A stretch of 32,674 nt of DNA, taken from the UHGV virus genome UHGV-0193647. One strand, given 5' to 3'. Shown in pieces: positions 8,442 to 15,595 of this stretch. The DNA is from a virus. The position numbers and the translations under genes are program-made. The notes below the pieces were generated by a model, which worked only from the letters and a program-made list of their open reading frames with translations, was not told the origin of the DNA and searched no databases. How positions within the stretch are numbered: the stretch's first letter is position 1; each line of letters starts with the position of its first letter.

Positions 8442-8652
8442 GGTAATGTTTTGTTTTCAGCTCAGTGATTTCCTTACAGGTCACGCAAAGCGCAACGCCC
8501 TGAATGGCAATGCGGCGTTCATCCGGGATTGGGGCTTCACACTCTTCGCAGGTAAAACGAGAAGGCGCAGCGATACGGCTGCGCGCGTTGTTGATAAGGC
8601 GCTCACGTTCTGCCTGCTCGCGCTGTTGTGCGATATCCATTACGTCGGCCAT
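8431..8652 (-). CDS. TraR/DksA-family C4 zinc-finger protein
   Basis: ..CEECEAPIPDERRIAIQGVALCVTCKE.. is a CxxC-N17-CxxC zinc finger typical of phage TraR-like proteins such as the P2 orf82 class. Confidence 0.7.
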   Translation of the reverse strand: MADVMDIAQQREQAERERLINNARSRIAAPSRFTCEECEAPIPDERRIAIQGVALCVTCKEITELKTKHYRGV

Positions 8653-8879
8653 TAGTGCAGCTCCTGAGATTCGTTTTCGTAGCGGGTGGCTTCGCGGCGC
8701 AGCAGTTCAGCGGCTTCTTTACCGCTCATATCTTTGTTTGCGATATGGGTTGCCAGAGCTTCAAGGCGGATAGAAACAGCGAGAGCGCGACCTTTACGCT
8801 CTTCTTTTCTGACCTCATTAAGTAGGTCATTCAAAAATGTTTTTCCGAATTTACGTGGTAACTCTAAACAAAGACTCAT
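8652..8879 (-). CDS. hypothetical early protein (75 aa)
   Basis: Small ORF in the early operon. Confidence 0.4.
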   Translation of the reverse strand: MSLCLELPRKFGKTFLNDLLNEVRKEERKGRALAVSIRLEALATHIANKDMSGKEAAELLRREATRYENESQELH

Positions 8880-8945
8880 CGTTCAATCTCCTGATTTCTG
8901 GCAATAAGAAGCCTGGCGGGTTTACGCCATTAATTACGGGTTTAT

Positions 8946-9317
8946 TTAATTAGCTAAAAAGCATTCATGGATTGAAATATGCCGGGGTAAAATCCCACCC
9001 CAGCGGGAAATTTTATTCATTGACGCAATAATCAGCTTGCGGCGGTTCATATCAAAATATTCATATGGTTTACCGACTTCATCAGAGCTAAACGCACCCG
9101 GATTATTTCGGTTAGCAAGCGTTAAAACCACAAACTTAAAATCTTCATCAAGCTTATTGAAATTACGCAGTGCCTTATTTTCTGTTGCTTTCAGTTTTTG
9201 ATGAAACCGTGCGAAACACTCTTCGCCGGTCATGGTCTTCGGTTGCTCAGTAGAACAATCTGCATTGCTAAAAAGCTTGCTCGCCTGGGTGTCATGAGCT
9301 GAAATTCTTTCGTTCAT
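8946..9317 (-). CDS. hypothetical early protein (123 aa), in the positional slot of 186 dhr
   Basis: ORF overlaps the next gene by 4 nt. No family recognised. The dhr analogy is positional only. Confidence 0.5.
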   Translation of the reverse strand: MNERISAHDTQASKLFSNADCSTEQPKTMTGEECFARFHQKLKATENKALRNFNKLDEDFKFVVLTLANRNNPGAFSSDEVGKPYEYFDMNRRKLIIASMNKISRWGGILPRHISIHECFLAN

Positions 9318-9520
9318 TTTGCCCCCATTAATGCATTTAAAATCCGCTTAACCGCAGAGACTTTTTTTGCTGTTAAGCCGTTCAACAATTCGGACTGAGA
9401 GCTGCAAGGGTGCCAGCGCTGGCCGTCGCTACCCATTATCCAGCCGTGCCCGTAGTGCATGGATGGGCTACGTTTTTTGAGCAGAGAGGCGAGTGACGGT
9501 TCGTTAGTCAACATAAGCAC
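9314..9520 (-). CDS. hypothetical small protein (68 aa), in the positional slot of 186 fil
   Basis: ORF immediately after cII. The fil analogy is positional only. Confidence 0.4.
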   Translation of the reverse strand: MLMLTNEPSLASLLKKRSPSMHYGHGWIMGSDGQRWHPCSSQSELLNGLTAKKVSAVKRILNALMGAK

Positions 9521-9521
9521 C

Positions 9522-10031
9522 TCAAATCAAACCGAATGACGCGCTGATGCCGCTGACGGTATCAACGACACTCGTCATTGCTGGGTTAGCCTGGAGCCTG
9601 GCCTGCAACGCCATTGCCGATAGCGACAGCATGCGAATACCCGCGTTTACGCTCGCAATCATGTTTTGCTTACGGGCCGGGGTAAGACGGTCGCCTGAAA
9701 CGGCACCGCTCGCCAGTTCGCCGAGTTCACTCATTGCGCGCATGACGTAGGATTGCAGCTTCTCTTTTGCCAGCTCGTTGACCGGCACGCATGGCAGACA
9801 ATGGATCTGCGCCAGAAAACCATCGACAAGGGTCGAGTCTTCGGTCAGGTCTGTCAGCGTCCAGATTTCGCGCGGCGTTAACTGGTGTGGCTGTTCCGGG
9901 TTGAGTTTGTTGTAAAGCGTATGCGGCTTGATACCGGCTTTATCTGCCAGCTCTTTCACGTTATGCGTGGCCGCGAATTTTCTGCATGCATCATCAAAGT
10001 GTGCATGTGACGAAACGCAAAAATCTAACAT
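9522..10031 (-). CDS. cII: CII-like lysogeny-establishment activator
   Basis: 169 aa, the same length as 186 CII, and in the same position after apl in the pR operon. Confidence 0.7.
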   Translation of the reverse strand: MLDFCVSSHAHFDDACRKFAATHNVKELADKAGIKPHTLYNKLNPEQPHQLTPREIWTLTDLTEDSTLVDGFLAQIHCLPCVPVNELAKEKLQSYVMRAMSELGELASGAVSGDRLTPARKQNMIASVNAGIRMLSLSAMALQARLQANPAMTSVVDTVSGISASFGLI

Positions 10032-10061
10032 GCTGCATCCTTACAGTTCACATAAAGTGAA

Positions 10062-10325
10062 TTACGCACCGATGACAAGTTGGAACCGTGAATGACCTAA
10101 AGCCTTACGCAGCTGCTCTTCTTTCCAGCGGGCGTAATAAATACGAATCGGGCCACCTGCTTTCTTGCAGCCTTTACGGATGGTGCGGGGTTCGATTGGT
10201 ACACAAGGGTTGTCGCCGGTTGTCCAGCGATAAGCAGTACGTTCAGAAACACCCTCGAGCTCTGCGAACTGTTGCAGAGTAACGATAGGTGCAGGCACTT
10301 TGATGATTGCGATTTCAGAAGCCAT
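10062..10325 (-). CDS. apl: Apl-like excisionase / lytic-switch regulator (HTH)
   Basis: From Met at 10325: MASEIAIIKVPAPIVTLQQFAELEGVSERTAYRWTTG... This is an 87-aa HTH protein, the size of 186 Apl, and it is divergent from cI. Confidence 0.75.
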   Translation of the reverse strand: MASEIAIIKVPAPIVTLQQFAELEGVSERTAYRWTTGDNPCVPIEPRTIRKGCKKAGGPIRIYYARWKEEQLRKALGHSRFQLVIGA

Positions 10326-10457
10326 GTTGCATGATTCCCATTTTGACAATGTTTGCAATCAATGGCCTCTGTTTGCCAACTTCTGCCACTGATTGCCCGA
10401 ATTAGCAACGATACTAATGCTCGATTGAATATTAGTAAATACCCAAAGGAATAAATT
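10326..10457. promoter_or_regulatory. lysis-lysogeny switch region (pR for apl-cII, pL for cI, CI/Apl operators expected)
   Basis: 132-bp AT-rich gap between divergent apl and cI. It holds repeated tgtttgc motifs and a TTGATACT-TGATACT direct repeat at the cI start. In 186 this region holds face-to-face pR and pL. Confidence 0.5.
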
Positions 10458-11033
10458 TTGATACTTGATACTCAGGTGAATAACGACGAGTTACTGGATA
10501 GAATTTGTCAAGTATATGGTTTTACTCAAAAAATCCAGCTAGCCCGGCACTTCAATATTGCAGCCAGCTCCCTACAAAATCGCTACACTCGTGGCACTGT
10601 TTCTTATGACTTCGCCGTGCAGTGCGCCTTAGAAACTGGAGCAAGCCTACTATGGCTACTTACGGGGCAAGGCTCTCAATATGATGGCAAACCGTCCCCA
10701 ACGGATCCGAAAACGATAGACTCATTCACTCTTAGTGATGGAAAGCTCGAAGAAAATTCACCATTGAGTATTGACTCCGGTTTTTTTAGCAAGCAAATGT
10801 CAAAAGGCATTGCTGTTCGCGCCGATGGAAAGCTGCACTTCATAGAGCAAGATGCCTCACTTTCTGATGGCCTTTGGTTGGTTGATATTGAGGGGGCTAC
10901 CAGCATCAGAGAATTGACGCTCCTACCAGGCAAAAAGCTACACGTTGCGGGCGGAAAAGTACCGTTTGAATGTAGGATTGACGAAATAAAACTGATTGGC
11001 CGTGTAATTGGTATATATAGCGATGTCAACTAA
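10458..11033 (+). CDS. cI: CI immunity repressor (186 CI-like)
   Basis: 191 aa. ..LLDRICQVYGFTQKIQLARHFNIAASSLQNRYTRGTVSYDFAVQCALETGASLLWLLTG.. and a C-terminus ..LWLVDIEGATSIRELTLLPGKKLHVAGGKVPFECRIDEIKLIGRVIGIYSDVN. I recognise both as 186 CI-like. The start is TTG, with an AAGGAA SD 6 nt upstream and an in-frame TAA just before it. Confidence 0.8.
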   Translation: MILDTQVNNDELLDRICQVYGFTQKIQLARHFNIAASSLQNRYTRGTVSYDFAVQCALETGASLLWLLTGQGSQYDGKPSPTDPKTIDSFTLSDGKLEENSPLSIDSGFFSKQMSKGIAVRADGKLHFIEQDASLSDGLWLVDIEGATSIRELTLLPGKKLHVAGGKVPFECRIDEIKLIGRVIGIYSDVN

Positions 11034-11065
11034 TCCCTATATCCACGATGAATAAGGAAACTATC

Positions 11066-11596
11066 ATGGATACTATAATTCCGATTTTGTTTTTAGGTCT
11101 GTCTTTTTTTTCGATGATTACTTATTTTAAGTCACCGGAAAAATTAGCAATGCGAGTGGCTAAAGGAGTTGCAGCTTTTCTTGCTTCTATTGCTGCCTTT
11201 GGGGCCTTTTTAGGTGGTGATTATGCACTATCACTTCCTATCGCCTTTATTGTTCTTTTCCTGACAATTCGCCAGTTAAAAACATCTAAAACCCTATCAT
11301 CTGTAACACATCAACCAATCTCTTTTAGCACACCAAAAGATCCTATAAGTAAGCGTAAGCCCGATAGTGAGTTTAGAAATATTTCATTTGAGTACACAGA
11401 CTTAAATGGCAATTCAACTCATAGAGAAGTTGATGTAAAAGAGATTACTGAACAACACATTACAGGATATTGTCATTCACGCAGGCAACTAAGGACCTTC
11501 CGTTTAGACCGAATTGATAATAGTGAGATTGTCGTCCGTGATACGGGCGAGTTAATCAATGTCTATGACTGGATTGTCCAGCTATATGGAGAATGA
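11066..11596 (+). CDS. membrane-anchored WYL-domain protein (3 predicted TM helices plus C-terminal WYL-like domain)
   Basis: AT-rich ORF between cI and int. The ORF track starts at 11048, but the Met at 11066 has an AAGGAA SD. TM helices: IIPILFLGLSFFSMITYF, VAAFLASIAAFGAFLGG and LSLPIAFIVLFLTI. C-terminal ..ISFEYTDLNGNSTHREVDVKEI..GYCHSRRQLRTFRLDRIDNSEIV matches the WYL-domain hallmark (..Y.d..G..t.R.v.P......w.l.ayc..r...RtFRldRI..). Confidence 0.6.
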   Translation: MDTIIPILFLGLSFFSMITYFKSPEKLAMRVAKGVAAFLASIAAFGAFLGGDYALSLPIAFIVLFLTIRQLKTSKTLSSVTHQPISFSTPKDPISKRKPDSEFRNISFEYTDLNGNSTHREVDVKEITEQHITGYCHSRRQLRTFRLDRIDNSEIVVRDTGELINVYDWIVQLYGE

Positions 11597-11605
11597 GGTT
11601 TACTC

Positions 11606-12604
11606 ATGACCGTTCGAAAAAACCCCGATGGCGGTTGGATTTGTGAACTCTACCCAAACGGTGCGAAAGGCAAGCGCATCAGAAAGAAATTCGCCACTAA
11701 AGGCGAGGCGCTGGCGTTCGAACAGTACACCGTTCAAAACCCTTGGCAGGAAGAAAAGGAAGACAGGCGCACATTAAAAGAGCTGGTTGACTCATGGTAT
11801 AGCGCTCATGGCATTACCCTGAAAGACGGCTTAAAACGCCAGTTAGCGATGCACCATGCTTTTGAGTGTATGGGCGAACCTCTTGCACGCGATTTCGATG
11901 CACAGATGTTTTCCCGCTACCGAGAAAAACGGTTAAAAGGTGAGTACGCCCGTTCAAACAGAGTGAAAGAGGTATCGCCTCGCACGCTTAATCTTGAGCT
12001 GGCCTATTTCCGGGCAGTATTCAATGAGCTAAACCGTCTCGGAGAATGGAAGGGGGAAAACCCACTGAAAAATATGCGCCCATTCCGCACAGAAGAAATG
12101 GAAATGGCCTGGCTAACTCACGACCAAATTTCGCAACTGCTCGGAGAGTGTAAACGGCATGACCACCCTGATTTAGAAACCGTGGTAAGAATTTGTCTCG
12201 CCACTGGCGCACGGTGGTCTGAGGCCGAGAGTCTGAGAAAAAGCCAGCTTGCGAAATACAAAATCACATACACCAACACGAAAGGCAGAAAAAACCGCAC
12301 CGTCCCAATCAGCACAGAGCTCTATGAGTCTCTGCCTGATGATAAAAAAGGCCGGTTGTTTAGTGATTGTTATGGCGCGTTCCGGTCAGCTCTGGAAAGA
12401 ACAGGCATCGAACTACCAGCAGGACAGCTTACCCATGTTTTGCGCCACACCTTCGCCAGCCACTTTATGATGAATGGAGGCAACATTCTTGTTCTACAGA
12501 GGATATTAGGACATACAGATATAAAAATGACCATGCGTTATGCTCATTTTTCCCCTGACCATTTAGAAGATGCTAAACTATTAAATCCATTGGTAAAAAA
12601 ATGA
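11606..12604 (+). CDS. int: tyrosine integrase (186/P2 family)
   Basis: 332 aa. The N-terminus MTVRKNPDGGWICELYPNGAKGKRIRKKFATKGEALAFEQY.. is 186 Int-like. The C-terminal catalytic region has ..HVLRHTFAS.. and ..LGHTDIKMTMRYAHF.., the R-H-R-Y signature. Confidence 0.9.
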   Translation: MTVRKNPDGGWICELYPNGAKGKRIRKKFATKGEALAFEQYTVQNPWQEEKEDRRTLKELVDSWYSAHGITLKDGLKRQLAMHHAFECMGEPLARDFDAQMFSRYREKRLKGEYARSNRVKEVSPRTLNLELAYFRAVFNELNRLGEWKGENPLKNMRPFRTEEMEMAWLTHDQISQLLGECKRHDHPDLETVVRICLATGARWSEAESLRKSQLAKYKITYTNTKGRKNRTVPISTELYESLPDDKKGRLFSDCYGAFRSALERTGIELPAGQLTHVLRHTFASHFMMNGGNILVLQRILGHTDIKMTMRYAHFSPDHLEDAKLLNPLVKK

Positions 12605-13374
12605 CGACACTAGAAAAAGCAATATATAATATATCTAAACACAAGGCTATCTCTATTTTCCTTTTTATGGTAATAGCATTGATATTCCTATCACCTTTAT
12701 TATTATATTTTCATCAGTTCCATAACAACCTATCATCTCAACCTGAAAAATGGTCATTTTTTGGTTCTTTCATTGGTGGGATTTACGGACCTATAGTTAC
12801 ATTAATTAGTGTATTTGTATTAGTAATCACAGTCATAGAAATCAATCAATCAAATAAAGCAAGTATTAACGAGGCAAGAAACACGAATTATGTAAGTGAG
12901 TTGATAACCTTATCAGAAATCCTTAATAGATCTATAGATAATAACATTTACATTAAAAATGACAGAAATTATTTTTTCAACAACCTAAACAACATTGCAT
13001 TTAATAAAATAAAGAGCAAGCCCCATGTAAATAGTGAAGTGATTTTAAAGACCTGTACACGAAAATTCGTAGAAAATGAGAGGGTTTTATTTGAAAATGA
13101 GATTGATATTCTGCATGAAATCTTTTCTAGAATTGAAAGCATCCCTAACGCGGAATTAGCTGAGAGGGCAAAAGGTATTTTTAGGGGGGTTATACGTAAT
13201 AATGAAAGGTTTTGGATTGAATGTTACATACGTCGTTTTAGGGAAGACCTTGTTCCCTACCTATTGTCATGGAACACGTTTAGCAAGACCCCGCTAAAAC
13301 TTCTAAGTCTAATACCTGAACCATCGCAAGAAGATGGCGATAAAGTGGCGATGGAAATGGCGGATAATGGGTAA
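12601..13374 (+). CDS. hypothetical AT-rich membrane protein (257 aa), translationally coupled to int, adjacent to attP
   Basis: The ATG overlaps the int stop (ATGA). Two N-terminal TM helices: ISIFLFMVIALIFLSPLLLYF and FFGSFIGGIYGPIVTLISVFVLVITVI. Then a ~170-aa soluble domain. Very AT-rich. No family recognised. Confidence 0.6.
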   Translation: MTTLEKAIYNISKHKAISIFLFMVIALIFLSPLLLYFHQFHNNLSSQPEKWSFFGSFIGGIYGPIVTLISVFVLVITVIEINQSNKASINEARNTNYVSELITLSEILNRSIDNNIYIKNDRNYFFNNLNNIAFNKIKSKPHVNSEVILKTCTRKFVENERVLFENEIDILHEIFSRIESIPNAELAERAKGIFRGVIRNNERFWIECYIRRFREDLVPYLLSWNTFSKTPLKLLSLIPEPSQEDGDKVAMEMADNG

Positions 13375-13445
13375 TCGCTGGCAAACAAAGGCAATCTATA
13401 TCAATGATAAATAACGCAAACTATTGATTTTCAGTTGTTCCTACA

Positions 13446-13494
13446 GGAACTCATAATCGCTTGGTCGTTGGTTCAAACCCAACAGGGGCCACCA
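13446..13494 (+). other. attP: attP core: 3' portion of a tRNA-Ile2(CAU)/Met-like gene (anticodon loop to CCA), not a complete tRNA
   Basis: ..aactcataatcgcttggtcgttggttcaaacccaacaggggccacca has a CTCATAA anticodon loop, a GTTGG/TTCAAAC/CCAAC T-arm, AGGGGCC and ACCA. It closely resembles the 3' half of enterobacterial tRNA-Ile2 (ileX/ileY). No matching 5' acceptor strand or D-arm is upstream. It lies between the int-side ORF and B, as attP does in 186. Confidence 0.7.
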
Positions 13495-13522
13495 AATTTT
13501 AGCTTTAAAATCATATAATTAA

Positions 13523-13548
13523 GCCACTCACGCGAGTGGCTTTTTTCT
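13523..13548 (+). terminator. rho-independent terminator (end of cI-int lysogenic operon)
   Basis: gccactcacgcgagtggc hairpin followed by tttttt. Confidence 0.6.
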
Positions 13549-13610
13549 TATATCGTTATTGAGTGGCGATAAAATGGCGGTGCATTTTTTACCGCCACTT
13601 TTCAGATCAC

Positions 13611-13633
13611 ATAAAAAACCCGCTCGCGGCGGG
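13611..13633 (-). terminator. rho-independent terminator after B/ogr (end of late tail operon)
   Basis: On the minus strand, a CCCGCCGCGAGCGGG hairpin is followed by TTTTTTAT, just downstream of the B stop. Confidence 0.6.
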
Positions 13634-13650
13634 CATTTTATGAAATTTTT

Positions 13651-13869
13651 CTAGAGCCATAGCGGGCGCTGACCACCAACTGTCGGATGAGGCGGGGCCG
13701 GGATTATCGTTCCTGGCGTAACAATAAAACGTTCCACCGATTCCATCGTTACAAACGTACAGCTGCAATTTATGTTAGTGCATTGATGGTAACGCTCTTT
13801 GGTATTCTCACTTAGATAGCGACTGGTGCGCGCATGTGCCGCGTGCTGGCATTTTGGACAATGGAACAT
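13651..13869 (-). CDS. B: Ogr/Delta/B-family zinc-finger late-gene transcription activator
   Basis: MFHCPKCQHAAHARTSRYLSENTKERYHQCTNINCSCTFVTMESVERFIV.. has the CxxC-N22-CxxxxC pattern of the 72-aa Ogr/186 B family. The ORF track starts 5 codons upstream. Confidence 0.85.
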   Translation of the reverse strand: MFHCPKCQHAAHARTSRYLSENTKERYHQCTNINCSCTFVTMESVERFIVTPGTIIPAPPHPTVGGQRPLWL

Positions 13870-13909
13870 TTCACACCCCAACAATTCACATAAAGTGAAT
13901 TAATGATAC

Positions 13910-15103
13910 TCATTTTTTCACAATTTGAGAATAGCTATATTCTTCCTCCCCTTCAGTCCCGTACTCGACATCCAACAATCTAACCTCAAGCTCTAAACTC
14001 GTCGTAAAGCCACTATTACTCAGAGAGTGCATAACCTTCGTGATTGTCCATGACTGCTCGTCTATGACGCGCTTAAAGCCTGAAACCTGCACAGGTGTCT
14101 CTGGGTAGAGGTCGGCGCGTCCTGTCGCAAGCCTGATAGAAAACTCAGCAACACCACGTTGCAGTTTGTCCCATTTGGCCTGGGCGGCTCGCATGGCCTG
14201 CGCTTTGGTTGAAAAAATTGTCGTTAGGGCAAACACGTTGTCATCCTCGCCGACCATGTATTCACCCTCCCTGGCTTCCGGCGTCTTCACCGTTTTTTTC
14301 TTCGTTACCGGCTTGGCTTTGGGGTGCTGTAGCGCGCGTAAATGCTGCTCTTTGGGTTTGCGTTTTAACGCAACCTTTTGTTTTTGTGGCTTCGGGTCTT
14401 TGGTGTGTAACCATTTTGCCGTAACGCCGGTATATGCCCCACGGTCAGCAATGGAAAACTGATGGCGGTCGCCATCGCTGCGGGTGATCGTGACCTGCGG
14501 AATGGCTTTTCCGCTGGCTGTAACCCCACGACCGGCTTTGAGGAAAAGTAACTTTCCCGCTTTTACCGAAACCTCACCGCCGTTTCGCTCGGCGAGCCGC
14601 GTCAAAAATTTGGCATCCGATTCCTGTGACTGGTCGATATGCGGAATTTTTATTCCGGCCAGCTCCGGTATAACGCTCGACGTCAGTTTGTTACGTGTCG
14701 CTATCGCTGCCACGATCTCGCCGAGCGTCTTGTCATGCCAGGACTCTTCCCTACGTGAGTTAAGCGTCCCCCGAAAATCGGCGCTACGGGCGCGGATTGT
14801 CACCGTATCTGGCGCGCCATGATGTTCAACCTCATCGACGGTAAAACTTCCCTTACCAATTAACGCAAAGCCTTTCCACCCGAGGTAAAGCGTCAGTACC
14901 GCACCGCGTAACGGCAGTTCGACCAGCCCGTCAGCATCATCAAGCTCGATGTCGAGCTGGTCGGCCTCGAATCCGCGATTGTCTGTCATGGTCAGACTCA
15001 TCAACCGACTACTGATGTTGCCGGTAATATCTTTGCTGTCGAGCATCAGCATAAAATCGGGCGTCAGTACGCCACCCGCATTCAGATTCAGCATATCCAG
15101 CAT
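13910..15103 (-). CDS. D: tail protein gpD-like
   Basis: 397 aa. It is the last large tail gene before B/ogr, as in P2/186. Its start overlaps the U stop. Confidence 0.8.
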   Translation of the reverse strand: MLDMLNLNAGGVLTPDFMLMLDSKDITGNISSRLMSLTMTDNRGFEADQLDIELDDADGLVELPLRGAVLTLYLGWKGFALIGKGSFTVDEVEHHGAPDTVTIRARSADFRGTLNSRREESWHDKTLGEIVAAIATRNKLTSSVIPELAGIKIPHIDQSQESDAKFLTRLAERNGGEVSVKAGKLLFLKAGRGVTASGKAIPQVTITRSDGDRHQFSIADRGAYTGVTAKWLHTKDPKPQKQKVALKRKPKEQHLRALQHPKAKPVTKKKTVKTPEAREGEYMVGEDDNVFALTTIFSTKAQAMRAAQAKWDKLQRGVAEFSIRLATGRADLYPETPVQVSGFKRVIDEQSWTITKVMHSLSNSGFTTSLELEVRLLDVEYGTEGEEEYSYSQIVKK

Positions 15104-15582
15104 CAGCTAATCCCCACCATGCCGGCCACTGACGACGCCATATTTCCCGCCTTGCCAATCAGTGATTTTGCCTGTTCGCCGATATCGCCATACAGCGCCG
15201 CAAGGGATTCATCCACGCGGGTGAGCGTCAGCGTAAAATCAATTTTGCGCGCCGTTCCATCAGCAAAAAACAGGCTTCCTGTCTCGCTGATATTATTGAT
15301 GACATACATACCGTAAATCGTGCCGGTACCATCCAGTAACGGCCAGGCGCGCCCCTCGTCAGCCATTAAACGAATGGCCGTCATCGTCAACTTTCCGCCG
15401 GTGAGCTCCGGGTACAACACACCGGCCAGGGTAATTTTTTCATCCCCCGGCCCCAGATACTGGCAAGAATCCCGCTTACCTACGCGGGAGTTTGACGGCC
15501 ACCGATATTCGGCATCGCGTTGCATCGTCTGGTGTGGCAACGTCTGGCGCATAAAAACAAACATACCGAGTGCTAGCATCAT
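15103..15582 (-). CDS. U: tail protein gpU-like
   Basis: 159 aa, lying between T and D as in P2. Confidence 0.75.
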   Translation of the reverse strand: MMLALGMFVFMRQTLPHQTMQRDAEYRWPSNSRVGKRDSCQYLGPGDEKITLAGVLYPELTGGKLTMTAIRLMADEGRAWPLLDGTGTIYGMYVINNISETGSLFFADGTARKIDFTLTLTRVDESLAALYGDIGEQAKSLIGKAGNMASSVAGMVGIS

Positions 15583-15595
15583 TTTTCGTCACCTC

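Noticed and set aside
13419-13494. Possible complete tRNA gene at the att site
   Set aside because: Only the anticodon loop, T-arm and acceptor 3' strand are present. No complementary 5' acceptor strand (GGCCCCT) or D-arm exists upstream, and the anticodon stem does not pair. It is the attP core fragment, not a functional tRNA.
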